From positions 1 through 64,000 of the forward strand of contig QPGO01000223.1 of assembly GCA_008632985.1 (NCBI GenBank): a stretch of DNA of 64,000 bases. The letters run 5' to 3'. Under the pieces are notes generated by a model. It ran no database searches. It was not told the DNA's origin and saw only the letters and a program-made list of their open reading frames with translations. How positions within the stretch are numbered: the first letter of the stretch is position 1; each line of letters opens with the position of its first letter. Positions 1 through 12,327 of this stretch are shown here, in pieces. Made by a program: the position numbers and the translations under genes. The DNA comes from Psammoneis japonica. Taxonomy: Eukaryota.

Positions 1-700
1 TCCAGAGACCTTTGACGAGACCATTGCCGCAAACTAGATGGAGACCTTCGGCGTGACCTCTGCCGTGATTGCGACCGACCGCGGCAACTTGAGTGATGGC
101 AACCCATGGATGGTGACCGACACCGTCGCAGATGCCTGGGATGAGAATGAGACCTAGACCCAGAATGACGAGACCTTGATCGACAAGGAGAACCACGCGA
201 AGAAGTTCCAGAATGACAACGATGGCTGGTCCGATGACGCGATCGAGACCAAGAACTTGACAAAGAGCGAGACCGAGGACTTGACCAAGACCGTGACGGC
301 GATTGACACCTTCGACAAGGAGAGCCATGCGAAGAAGTTCCAGAATGACAACGATGGCTGGTCCGATGACACGATCGAGACCGAGAACTTGACAAAGAGC
401 GAGACCGAGGACTTGACCAAGACCGGGATGGTGATTGACACCTTCGTCGTTGGTGGGAATTCGACCTCGACCTGCATCCGTTTGGACAGTCTGCGTTCCC
501 TGGATCGTCGTTTCGATTTGACCACAACCGACCTGTGGAACTTTGATCAGGCGATTTGGATCTTTGATGAATCAAGCGACCCGGCGGATCTCTTGATGGA
601 CGCGCACTCCTCCTTCTTCCCTCAGGAGCACCGGATCTGCTCCAAGCGGGAGCATCACATTCACCTTTTCTGTGGTGCATGGATGGTTGGAATTTGAGCA
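1..700 (-). pseudogene. Arg/Ser-rich ORF remnant running off the window start
   Basis: My minus-strand translation is open to base 1 and reads ...RSRSNSHQRRRCQSPSRSWSSPRSRSLSSSRSRS...; it has no stop within the window, which probably explains its absence from the ORF track. Confidence 0.35.
181..444. repeat. 132-bp tandem duplication (2 copies, 44 codons)
   Basis: CGACAAGGAG...GACACCTT unit starts at 181 and again at 313, near identical. Confidence 0.9.
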
Positions 701-1361
701 AGCAGGTGCTGCAATGAAAAACAATGAGAGCAGAACAGCTTCACAACTCCTTTGTCATTTGTGCAAGAGAATGTGATTGTGCGATGATGATGTGCCTTAT
801 GTGGTCGTGATTGAGAGATGCATGTTGGGTGAGTCAGAACATCGGAATCCGGAATTTTGCATGTCATCCCCTCATGCGGCCAACTGGTTGTGGCCGCCTG
901 CAGTGCCACAAACAGAACACCACAAAAATTCTGCATTCATCATAGATTTTAACAAGAAAATGAGTCCCCTCTTTTCCACAACATCGCTGCATTTGCCGCA
1001 TGTCACAACAACACAAATGGCGGAAAAGCACGCATCCACAACACCGCCGCTGACACCGCTGTTGTCATCAAACTTTGCTGTTTGTGCAACTGTGTCATTC
1101 ATCCTTCCATTGCATGTTGTCATTTTATCAACTTGTTGACAAGTGTTGAAATGTTGTGACCTTTGTGAAGGTTCATTGCGAGACACCACCAGAACCGAAA
1201 CTCATCGCTGCTGTAAGAACAATGCTGAGCTCACGGTGCAGTCTGTGCATTGTTTCTTTATCTCACATCTCAGACAATTTGGTGTGCATGCTGCACTTCG
1301 TTGACTCTTTACAATCATCATCAGGTGCTGCAACGAAATTGGTTGCAGACAAAGTCAGCAA

Positions 1362-2588
1362 CTTCCCTGCATCTCCCCGTCCACTGCTGACAATTGCACA
1401 GCAACGGACGAGTGGGACTGCCAGTCCGTCGCCCAGTGACATTCCGCCAATCGGTTTTCAACAATGAGACCTGGAGAACTGGCTGGGGCACCCTCGTTGT
1501 GTTGTGCAGTTTGAAGAAAAGAGGACCGGCTGATCTGGGTTGTGTTGGTGGACGGCGCAAGCTCATTTTTCCTTGACATTGGCAAGAACACACACACTCC
1601 AAAGCCACTTGTCGGTGGGTCGTCTTCGTCTGTTACATCTCTTCCCTGCATCTCCGCGTCTGCTGCTGACAATTGTGCAGCAACGGATGAGTGGGGCTGC
1701 CAGTCCGTCGCCCAGTGACATTCCGCCAATCGGTTTTCAACAATGAGACCTGGAGAACTGGCTGGGGCACCCTCGTTGTGTTGTGCAGTTTGAAGAAAAG
1801 AGGACCGGCTGATCTGGGTTGTGTTGGCAGACGGTGCAAGCTCATTTTTCCTTGACATTGGCAAGAACATGCATGTTCCAAAGCCACTTGTCAGTGGGTT
1901 GTCTTCGTCTGTTGCATCTCTTCCCTGCATCTCCGCGTCTGCTGCTGACAATTGTGCAGCAACGGACGAGTGGGGCTGCCAGTCCGTCGCCCAGTGATGT
2001 TCCGCCAATCGGTTTTCAATGACAAGACCTGGAGAACTGGCTGGGGCACCCTCATTGTGTTGTGCAGTTTGAAGAAAAGAGGACTGGCTGATCTGGGTTG
2101 TGTTGGCAGACAGCGCAAGCTCATTTTTCCTTGACATTGGCAAGAACATGCACACTCCAAAGCTGCTTGTCGGTGGGTCGTCTCCGTCTGTTGCATCTCT
2201 TCCCTGCATCTCCGCGTCTCTGCTGACAATTGTGCAGCAACGGACGAGTGGGACTGCCAGTCCGTCGCCCAGTGATGTTCCGCTAATCGGTTTTCAATGA
2301 CAAGACCTGGAGAACTGGCTGGGGCACCCTCGTTGTGTTGTGCAGTTTGAAGAAAAGGGGACCGGCTGATCTGGGTTGTGTTGGTGGACGGCGCAAGCTC
2401 ATTTTTCCTTGACATTGGCAAGAACATGTGTGTTCCAAAGCCGCTGTTGTCAGTGGGTCGTCTCCATGTCTGTCATGTCTCTTCCCTGCATTTCCACGTC
2501 TGTCGCCCACCGACAGTCCGCCAATCGGTTTTCAACAATGAGACCTGGAGAACTGGCTGGGGCACCCTCGTTGTGTGGCACAGTTTGA
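1362..2588. repeat. Tandem repeat, 279-bp unit (93 codons), ~4.3 copies
   Basis: CTTCCCTGCAT anchor at 1362, 1641, 1920, 2199 and 2481; the last copy is internally deleted. Confidence 0.95.
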
Positions 2589-5500
2589 CGCAAACAAGGC
2601 AGCAGCAAAGGGAAGCGAGGATTTGCCTGCAATGTCAGGGGACAATGGAACAAATGCTCTTGCCAAAGCGGCTGTTGTTGCATCCCAAGAAGAGAATGAG
2701 GAAACCCGGTTGTCACAGGAGGAGAATGACCACAATTCCCAGGAAGAAGATGTGGAAGAAGAGGAGGAGGAAATGCAGTCGTCAGAGGAGGAGAAGGAAG
2801 CTGTGAATTCTAAGGAAATGGACAATGATGCTTCTCAGGAGAAGGAAGATGTGGATTCTTTGCCAAAATCATCAAAATCCAAGGAGGGGGACATTCAAAA
2901 CATTCCTCCCAAGCTCCGGCATTTCGTGACTTCAATCAAAAATGACATGTCAAAGCATGTGCGGGACAATGTCCGCTGCACTTGTCCCTTGTTTGCCGTG
3001 GTCAACCCAAGCACAGAACCAAAATCACTGACCAAATTGGCAAATTCTGGACGTGGGCCAAACAATCGCGGGAAGAAATGCATTTTGTTGCATCACAACC
3101 AGAAGGGGTTGTCATCCGACTTCGGCAAAGAAGGAATTAAAAAAGCAAGGGCAGCTGTAAAGGATTTTCTTCTTGGTGAATTTAATCAAGAAAACGAAGG
3201 CGACATTGTCAACTTGTTGAACAACAAACACACTCACATTTTGGGAATTTGTGCATTGCCAAAAAATGAAGAACGCGGCAAACTGGCAACTGATCTTGTA
3301 GCTGTTTTGTTGCATCGGTGCATTGAATTGGTGCCAGCAACAATTGTTGACTGTGTTTGAGTCGACAGAGGAGCCAAAGTCCATGACCATGGGTTGTGCC
3401 CATTCCTGATTAGCCTGGCTCAATCTGTTGGCTGCATGGTTGTTGGCACTTGGGGCACAATGCTGCATTGTCAAGTCAAGCTCAAACAATGCTGCTGTGA
3501 AACTTTGGGTTTCGAGGACATCACAGAGGAAATGAATGAGGAGCCCTCTTGGGAAAGAGTGAGACACCATTGGAATTGGAATGCTTTGATCAAAGAGGAT
3601 GGAGACAACACTCGGGCACTGATGGTGAAGCGCAGAGTCACCACACGTTGTGCAAAAATTACCTTGCCCATCTCTCACACAAACAATGATTTCCAATGCA
3701 ATGTAAAACATTGGCGGGATCGTGTTGGGTTCTGGAGCAGCAAGAAGAGACCCGCCGATCAATGCCAAGATTTGGTGGATCAAGAGAAAGACCTCATCTG
3801 CAAATCGTCAGTGGTGATGGTTGGCAATGCGACACTGGATTCTGTTAAAGATTCCTGGCAAAAGCACATGGAAGGATGCCAATGGTTTGACATTGGAAAG
3901 TGCATTTACGAATCCTACGAACATTGCGTGGGTGCAAGTGACGCCAACCAAGTTAAGTCACATTTCAAGACAACGGCTTTGTTTGCCGCAAGCATCAATT
4001 TCTCCCACCAAACGAGTGAATTGGCAAATGATGAAACATGGAAAAGAGCAGCGTTTCGATCGAGAACTTCTGAGCTGGCTCAAAGAGCAAAATGTGTGAG
4101 GGGCAAGTTTGATGCAACTGCGGAGTCGGGAGCTGATGGCCGGAAGTGTGTTCTCAATCCCAAGCATTGCCAACGGAGTCGGAGCAATTCAGATGATGAC
4201 ATGGAAATGGAAATGCCTTTGGGTGATGATGGAGCCATGTGTCAACTTCTTAAAAGAATCTGTTTGAAGTGCAACATGTGCAACATGGTGTTTCCCATCG
4301 ATTGCAACCAGGAAGATCAAGGTGGACTGTCACCAGCAGCAACTTTGTTTTCAGCGCTTGCGGGACCTCACTGTGATCATGCAATGTGTGTTCCAGGCAA
4401 GCACCCCATTTGCATTGCACAAAGCAAAAGTGCAGTGTACGAACTGCTGGTTGGTGCTGCACAAGAAGACACAGAGAAACTCTGAAGGACCCAGAGAAAC
4501 GCCAAGTGCGGTTGAACAAAAAGGATTTCTTTCTGCCACCTTTGCAACACATTGCAATTTGGTGCAAAGAAGCGGAACAACTGCATTGGCACCAGATCAA
4601 TCGGCCATTCCAACAACATCGTTTTGCAGAGCTGGCGAAGGAGGCAATGCTTGACCAAAAATTCTCTGCCAGGGGAAACAAGAGAGAAAAGAAGGAACCG
4701 AAACCACAAGAGGAGATGGTGACCCAGAGGAAGAGGAGTCCAAATCGGAGCCAGAAGATCAAGGTCTCCTTGTGTCATGAAGAAAAGTGTTGTCTGCCAG
4801 GGACAAGAAATGTCAAGATCTACGTCATGAGGCGAGGATGCACTGTGAGGATGCCAAAGAATTGGCACGGCTGCATGGTTTTGAGTGGGTCGATCGGGCC
4901 ACACGGCCGGATGAAAGTGAGGTGCCAGGTGATGCTGTTGAGCATGAAGGGCCAGTTTTGTGTGGATGGTTCGAAGATCTCAAGCACGGCAGAACATTTG
5001 CTGAAGACTGTTTTGGAGCGACCAATGACAAGGACATTGGAGGAGGGAAGATGAACCTTGTTTGAGACACCATTGAGGAAGCTGAAGAGAAACCTGACAC
5101 AAGAGTGACTCTCAACGCTAGACAAAAGAGGCAAATTGGCAACAGAGCTGATCACGCAACAAACAAAGGTCAGGTTCACAAAGTGAGACGGCTGACAGAG
5201 AAGGAGCTGGCGAAGGAGGGGCTTGTGGCCAATGATGATTTTGAAGGTCCGGAGGGAACGCCAGCATTCGTGGGGGTTGGCACAAGGAAGAAACCATGCC
5301 ATTGCACCATGGAGTGGGCAAGAGCCAATTTTCAGCAGCGATGTCCCGGAGTGTGCAAGGCCATGTGTGATTGGAAACCAGGGAAGAAATGGTGCAGACT
5401 GCCAGAGGGTAACGTGTTGGATAAAAGCGGGCTGGAATTTCCCAGCTCGGGACCCCCAGTCAAACATCAACAAGGGGAGAAAGACACGTGCGTGTTTTCG

Positions 5501-6015
5501 AGCCTGGCCAGTGTCCCAAGTTACATTGGAGATGAAAGGATGGAGCGACATGTTGTGGGTTGCATGGATCATTCTTGCAGGTCAGAGAACACCAACAACA
5601 AACAGTTGGAGTTCACCACCAGCATGTTGTTGGGACAAAAGCAGAAGCTTTGTCCTCCACTGGCTGCATTGATGAAGTGGCACGCATGCAAGAAGCGTCA
5701 GAAAATGGCAGCTGGCAAGAAGGGATTCTTTGATTTGACCACCCACATTGCCAATGACATTGTTCTTTGTCGGTTGACAAACAATCATTGCACTGCTTTG
5801 CATGGTGGTTGGATCTTTGACTCCAATCATGAATTTGCTCTTCCGGCAAAAGACATTCAGTGGTTGAATTGGTGTTTGGGGAATGAAACATTTGAAGTGG
5901 ACGCACTGGTGGAAGATCCAAAATCAGCAGTGGAGGAAGCAGTTTTTTTTGAAATGCCGAAGGCTGTCCAAACAAGGTTGCGCAAACACAAGCGGCAAGA
6001 CAATGCAATTGTGGG
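2575..6015 (+). pseudogene. Decayed large gene: acidic region, GNAT-acetyltransferase-like segment (~3280-3515), C-terminal papain/C39-like cysteine peptidase segment (~5460-5880)
   Basis: ORFs 2575-3360 and 3394-4485 are in frame across a TGA, as are 4787-5065 and 5105-6196. Motifs: ...TIVDCV*VDRGAKVHDHGLCPFLI...MLHC...CCCETLGF (GNAT-like when C/H are read as Y); KHQQGEKDTCVFSSLAS...HCTALHGGWIFDSN (Q-x5-C...H...D). Confidence 0.45.
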
Positions 6016-7389
6016 TCAACTCTTCTTGCTTGGCATCGTTGTCGGGGCCAACAATTTCCAGGCATGCAGGCATTTGCGAGTCACCAATGTTTTGCCAATG
6101 AGCCCGGCCTTTTCTGCAGCATGCAACAGTTGGCACGTTTGCGGCAGTGTGCGAGGCTTTCCACCAAGGACATTCATCATGAGCCCCTTAGTTTGAAAAC
6201 ACGTGCCCGCGGGTTGATCCGCAAAATGACTGAGCAATTTGCAGATGCCACTCATTTCCTCATCCGTGTGCGGGTGCACGTTTAACCAACAGCGGCATCC
6301 ATCAACAATGCATTGGCTCACAAGAGGCTTCGTCCACTGATTGTGCTTTTGGACTTTCACGTTGTCCAATGGGGTGGCGCAAAGCAGGGGAAGGAAACGA
6401 TTCTTGGTCGCTGGCATCAGATCACTTCGTTTCACAGGAGCAAACACAAGCAAGCCGCTGCCCCACGCATCTTGCTCTGTCACTTTGAGTTTCTTTGGGA
6501 CAGATTGTCGACGCTCGGCTGTGAGATGGAACTGTGAAGTTGCAGTCTTCCATGTCATGACAATTTCTTTACAATTCATGCTCGTGGAGGCACCACGATT
6601 GGGAAGAGATGATGTCATGCTGCAAAACTGATTGCAATGATCGGGTTTTGCCAAAACTGTGCCAGCTTGCAGCCATTTGCCCATGGTGACACAGGCAACA
6701 GCATCAACAAAATGCTTGGGTTTGGCCAGGCATGACAGCATGCATCCACTGCGTCCGCCCGTCACAATTTCGTCAACAACAATCTTGAAGGAATGGTGGT
6801 GAGCCAACCGACCGAGAGATTCTAGAAAGTCGTCGGTGAGTGTTGCGCCATTGTTTGCCAGCATTGATTCTAAAAACAATGCAGTGATTGGCGCCTTCTT
6901 TACGGCCTGCATCAAACAACGGAGATGAATGTGGTTGAGACAATCGTTTTCGCACTCACTGAGCTCCGCGGAGCTCAGAGTGCCTGGCACATGATGCGGC
7001 AGCGCAATGGTGTGATTGCGTGCAAAAGAGTCAAACACGTCGTCCGGATGCATTACCGCGCTCGGACCATGTTCTGCACTGAACGTGCTGGCAGTCCAAC
7101 AGTGGATGGGCCCATGATCACCGGCCACATAACTTCCACATGCAATCAAACATCCGTCGTTGTGCCCTCCCGTCACAGAATCAATTGCAAACAAATTTGC
7201 ATCAGAGCCGTTTGGCATCACTTTGTACAGCAGCAATTCACCATCAAAGTGACGAAAAATGACTTCTTCTGACTGCTTGTGATGGCCGATGTCCATGGAA
7301 GAATTCATCAAATCTTCACCATTGCGTTTTAAGCCACGCGGGCTAACGGCAACCAAATTGCACCCCCAATTGTTTGCCATGTCGTCCAT
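6016..7389 (-). pseudogene. Class-III PLP-dependent aminotransferase-like gene, hypermutated
   Basis: ALFLESMLANNG...FLESLGRLAHHHSFKIVVDEIVTGGRSG...VTMGKWLQAG matches the class-III aminotransferase E-P/DEV-TG-GRTG/GK signature. Tyr-poor and TpA-depleted. Confidence 0.65.
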
Positions 7390-8278
7390 GGCGTCGTTTG
7401 GGATTGTTCAATGCGCAAAAGAGCAAGTTGCAAGATTCAAGAAGAGTCCCAAAAGATGATTGGATGGAAAAAAGTGGAGGGATCGCAGTTCTGTTGATGG
7501 ACAAAAGGAGGCTTGCGCAGTGCAGAGGATTTGTGAAAATGAGGTGGAGCAGTGCATGTGCTCTCAATCACCAAAAGCGCAAAACACGTGCATTCTGCCA
7601 CACTGCGCATTTGCAGACAAGCCCTGTGCGCAGGGCCCCACACATGTTCCACACGCTGAAAGAGCAGCACGCGCGTGCGCATGTGCTCCCACCCAATCGT
7701 GTGATTGCACAATGCATTTCATTCAACAACATAGATGAAGCCAGCACTTTAAAAAAGAACACACATGAAAACTCAAACTTTGGTCATGGAAAATCATGCA
7801 TTCAAAAGTGAGCCAATGAGAACCCAATTTTTGTTTGAGGAAAATTTTGTTTCAAATGGGAGGAAAGAACAATCTTCTTAACACAACAGGTCGACATGGT
7901 TGTCAATGTTCATTTGAGAACATTGATGTTTGATTGAAACAATGAAAAACACAGAAAAGAACAAAACTGAATGTAGTTCAAAAACCGTGCAATGAGAACA
8001 TGCAACCGTGACTTTGCAAATTGTGTTGAACAGATTCGGCTCGTCCCGGACCATCCACAAGTGCAAAAAGTGATTGGAAGTCGAAAACACAATGACGAAT
8101 TCATTTCATCAGACACAGGTGTCGGTCGTCAGCCTTGATCTTACAAACACATCGAGGGCAGACACTTCAACAGAGGGAAACACAACCCCGTCAAGGACAG
8201 ATGTTGCAATGGCGGGAAACACAGGTGGGTGCATTTGAAATCGCAGCGTGCATTTGGAAGCTGACATTGTGATCTGAC

Positions 8279-10915
8279 ATGCAGTGGGAAGCTTCTACAA
8301 CAAATCCAGGGGAAAAAATGACAGCACCCAATCGTCCATTGGATCATCCAAGAGACTTTTTCCATCCGACGACAGGGGCTAACCCCGCAAGACCAGAGGA
8401 TGCTGCTCTTTTGTGGTCATGCCGAAAGGCACGTCCACAACTTGGTGAGGTGGAGACGGTGCCGCCCAATGGCAAGAAGATGCTTCAAGAGGTGGCACAA
8501 ACCCGGTCGTCCCTTCGAGGACACGTCATGACTCAACACCTGGAGGGCTGTCGGAAAAATGCAATGGACAAGGGAGTGGCAATGCCATCAACAAACACCA
8601 ATCCCGTCACAACAGAAGACTTCAAGAACATTCTGGCAAGCATGGACAACACAACCGAGAATCAGCAGCTCGTGTGTCAAGTTTTCCACGCCTTTCATCG
8701 CAACAGAGGATGGCTGGCTGCTGCCATTGACAAATGGTTTGCCGCAAACAACATGAAGCTCATGCCGCACGCCACGGATGCTTCCAGCAAACCTCGCAAA
8801 ATGCATCGCGATGACAGAGGCGGGTTTGCTGTTGTGGCACGCCAAGCCAAATGTCAAACAATTAAAACGTTTGTGGAGTTTATGCTGCAAAAAGCAGGCT
8901 GGTGTGTGGCAACTACAATGCACAAGAGCAACAAGGAGAATGGAGGTAAAACACATGTGGCTGTTCCCGCTGCAACCAATGCGGAAACAACAACCAAAGC
9001 AAAGTTTTACGTCGTGTCGATGAAGCCAGTGGCGGTGAGTCAGTCGCACATTGTTTGTTTGTCCTTTTGTTGACAAACTTGTTTGGCTTGCGACTTCATT
9101 CCCATTTCCGGTCATTGACAGCAGGAGGAGAACACCGAAGCATCAAAACAAGTTGCTCACTGAGCATCCAGCAAAGACATTGACATTGCATCCCTTATGG
9201 ACCTTGCGAAAACAGCAAGCATGTTGTCAGAACAAATGGGAGTTCTGCTGTCCAAGGAAGTTTGGCTCCAGTTGATTCGTGGCAGCATGACAGTCACCAG
9301 TTCATCCCAAATGGTCAATGAAGAGATTGTGCTTGATCCGCAACATGAGTCCGAAACTCAGGTGTCAACACTGACCATGGACACTGCGCCAAATTGCCCA
9401 TCCGAACCTGCAGCAAAGTGGAAGTTAACCAAGAAGGAGAAGGAGGCAGAGCCAATTCCTCGTTGGGAACGCAATGATGAACTAGAGCCCCTCACCATGG
9501 ATTTGGATGTCATCGATGGTTGGAACTCCAGTGATGAAGAGTTGGCAGAAATGGTGTCACAGGTGACTGAATGATTTGGTGGTCCAATTGCTGTGGTGTT
9601 GGATGGCTCTAACCAACTTCCGCTTTGATGCCTTGTTTGGCTTGTCAGACACAGTTGTCTGGGTCCCCTTGTTGCAGGATGGAACAAGAGCGCCCGGGAA
9701 TGCTCCAGCGGCAAGAAAAATGCATCATGTCATGCGGCTGAATTGCACGTCACTCACGCCACCATTCTTCATGCGAAAGGTTGATGAGATGGACGAGCCA
9801 ACTGGTGCAAAAGAAAAGGTGAGAGCATTGTTGGTGCTCCAGCTGTCGATTTGGACTGTTGCTCTAACAGCTCTTTGGCGTCATTGGGTTGCTGGATGCC
9901 ACACCAAACCATCCCAGATGGTTGAAACACTGGAGCGAGCACAAAAAAAACAAGTGAGTGAACAGAGTTCTGAGGCAGAGCGCGACACATGGATTGGATT
10001 GACCAATCACACTGCTCCTGCTGTTCTTCATGACCAGGCAAATGAGGTGGTTGACAGTGGCAACAATGAAAAGGTGAGAGCGTTGTCGGTGCTCCAGTTG
10101 CAAATGAAACAATTGCTCTGACCACTTTGGGGCGTCATTGCTGGATGCCAGACTCAACCATCCCCAGTTGCTGAAATGCCAAAGAGAGCACCACAGAAGA
10201 CGGCAAGATCACATTGTCTTGCAGCCAATTGTGCAATTCATCGGACACGTCTCACACAGCCATTGTTGTTTGCAATGAGAAAGGTCGAAGAGACAACGGC
10301 AAATGGTGCAAATGAAAAGGTGAGAGCATTGTTGGTGCTCCGGATTGCCATTGAGAAGTTGATCTAACGGCATTCAATGTGTGTCATGATGGCATTTCTT
10401 TTGCAGACTCAAACAGCCAACCACTCTAAACCATTGTTAAATCCATTGCGAAATGAAACGGTGAGAATGCATGATGAAGTCATGCGGATTGTGTGCAGTG
10501 TCTTGGAAACACCTCTCACTTTGTTGTTTGTTTGTGACAAAGACAAAGACAGCAAACAACAAATGCACACACAAAACTGCAACACTCGTTGTGGCTCAAG
10601 CGGATCAAACAACTGCTTGCAATTCGCAGGTGCAGAGCAAACGTCATTGTTGATTTGGCACACCTGTTGTTGTGTTGTCTTGTTCACACACGCAAACCAA
10701 TTGTGTTTGTTTGTTTGTGTTTGCAGTGCAAGTGCGAGGAGGCTCACTTGTTCCATGCCTTGGTCCATCAAGATGACAGAAAATATTTTGCTCAAGCGCA
10801 CTTCAAAACCAACCCACTGTTCCCTGCAAAGAGTGCTGTGGCGAAAAGTGTGATGTTGTTTTTGGATCAAGCAGTTACAAGGTTGGACAAAGAAAGGCAG
10901 CTTGGGTTTGCATGA
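8279..10915 (+). pseudogene. Multi-exon gene of unknown function, decayed, with tandemly duplicated small exon-intron units
   Basis: ORF 8279-9034, intron GTGAGT(9035)...ACAG(9121), next exon in frame with ORF 9197-9574 across a TGA. Repeated GAAAAG|GTGAGAGC donors near 9815, 10068 and 10314. Last exon ends ...ERQLGFA* at 10915. Confidence 0.4.
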
Positions 10916-11170
10916 ATGCATTGAATGGTTCTTGCAATTGCAGGTTTGCATTGTGTGTGCAGTGTTGTCAAAAGACCATGTCAGCTGCATCTGACAAACA
11001 GCGCCGAAGGACAACCCGAAACAACAACAACAAACAACAAGGCAACGCAACACATGCGCACGATGCAATGATGTGCAATTGCTTGGGATTGATTTCACCG
11101 GCACAGTCAGGGTTCGGCGGATGTGTTTGTTGACAGAGTCAATCGAAGCACAGCTTCGTAAATGACAGTC

Positions 11171-11982
11171 ATTCAGAGCTTCAGCAAATTTGTTCAGAGT
11201 TGTGATCTGTTCAAATGGAGAGGCTGTCGTCGTCCGTTGTTCATTCAGAGCTTTGCTCTAGTTAAATGTCCGTTGTTTATTCAGAGCTTTGCTCCAATTA
11301 AATGGAGATTCCACGGGCATCCAAACATCACTCAGAGTCGTGCTCTGATTGAATGGACACAATCACAGCAGCGCTCTGAATGTCAGCACAATGCTCTAAT
11401 TTACAAATTGATGCTCTGAATGCAATGCTCTAAATAAAATTCTATGGCTCCAAATAACCAAATTTACTCTGATTGTGCTCTGCGTGGGCGTCATCGCCTT
11501 AATTAAGGGTGGTCGGTTGCTACTTTTTTTAGCTCGAATTCGGCCGAATAGCTCGTGTTTTGCATGATTTTTCCTGAATTTCACCGTGCTTCACCGTGGT
11601 GAAAACAACAAGCCATAAGTCTGTGACGGAGGTGGTCCGTCTACCAACTCTCATTTATTTTATGTTTGTTATGTATCAAAGATTGTATATACATGAAAAG
11701 TTGGTAGACGGCAAACTACGTTTTTGAGAAACATCGATGATTGTCATCATCGTCGTGCTTCGATCGCGGTGCTGATGGTTCTCGTTTTCGTGCGCGATCG
11801 GGTGTGACTATGAACAATTCTTGTATTCAAAAATAAACACTATAAAAAACCTTATTCAAATGCAACGGTAATTTTAGGATAAACGCGGGGATGACCCCCC
11901 TTAACTCTTTTTGCTCTGAATGTCCCACATTGTGTCGGGATAATTTAAATAAAGCGTTGCTCAGAATAAAATATTCGGAGCA
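11171..11982. repeat. Subterminal array of short direct and inverted repeats (ATTCAGAGC / GCTCTGAAT and variants)
   Basis: Copies at ~11171, 11193, 11243, 11279, 11342, 11372, 11393, 11413, 11427, 11913 and 11974, including a 36-bp tandem duplication at ~11233-11305. Confidence 0.8.
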
Positions 11983-12327
11983 TAAATGAAGAGAATCTCA
12001 TTTGCAGTGTGAGCTCGTGTGCTTTTACTAAACGCGCATCGCGCGCGCGCGGCACACATTTCATCGTCCCCTGACCCCCGAGCGCTGAGCACGGCCATGG
12101 CGGCTCGAGACAAGGCAAAGTCTGACATAGTGCAAGAATATTACAATGCCGTTTCATGATTGAAAGCATATTGGTGTGAAATTTGGAGGAATGGTGCCAT
12201 AAAACGAGATGGAAGCTGCGCCGAGTAGAATTTGTACCAGGTCTACGCAAGGCCTTGGCGGGAACTTTTTTCTTCGTCCGCTCTCACAAATCCATCAGCA
12301 GCATTTGCATTGCTCTGCTTTTGAACC

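Larger units (their letters stand above)
1..12009. mobile_element. Right portion of a large CACTA/EnSpm-like DNA transposon carrying decayed cargo genes (left end and transposase outside the window)
   Basis: Ends in ...TTTGCAGTG at 12001-12009 (reverse complement CACTGCAAA), preceded by many direct and inverted copies of ATTCAGAGC/GCTCTGAAT (11171-11982), typical of CACTA subterminal regions. Interior is TpA- and CpG-depleted and holds decayed ORFs. Host gene starts ~300 bp downstream. Confidence 0.5.

Noticed and set aside
1362..2588. CRISPR-like array
   Set aside because: Whole 279-bp units repeat with no unique spacers; eukaryotic context and no cas genes.
3358..3360. TGA read-through or alternative genetic code (in-frame TGAs at 3358, 5063, 39547)
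   Set aside because: Better explained by CGA->TGA decay; the intact BBE gene uses TGA as its stop.
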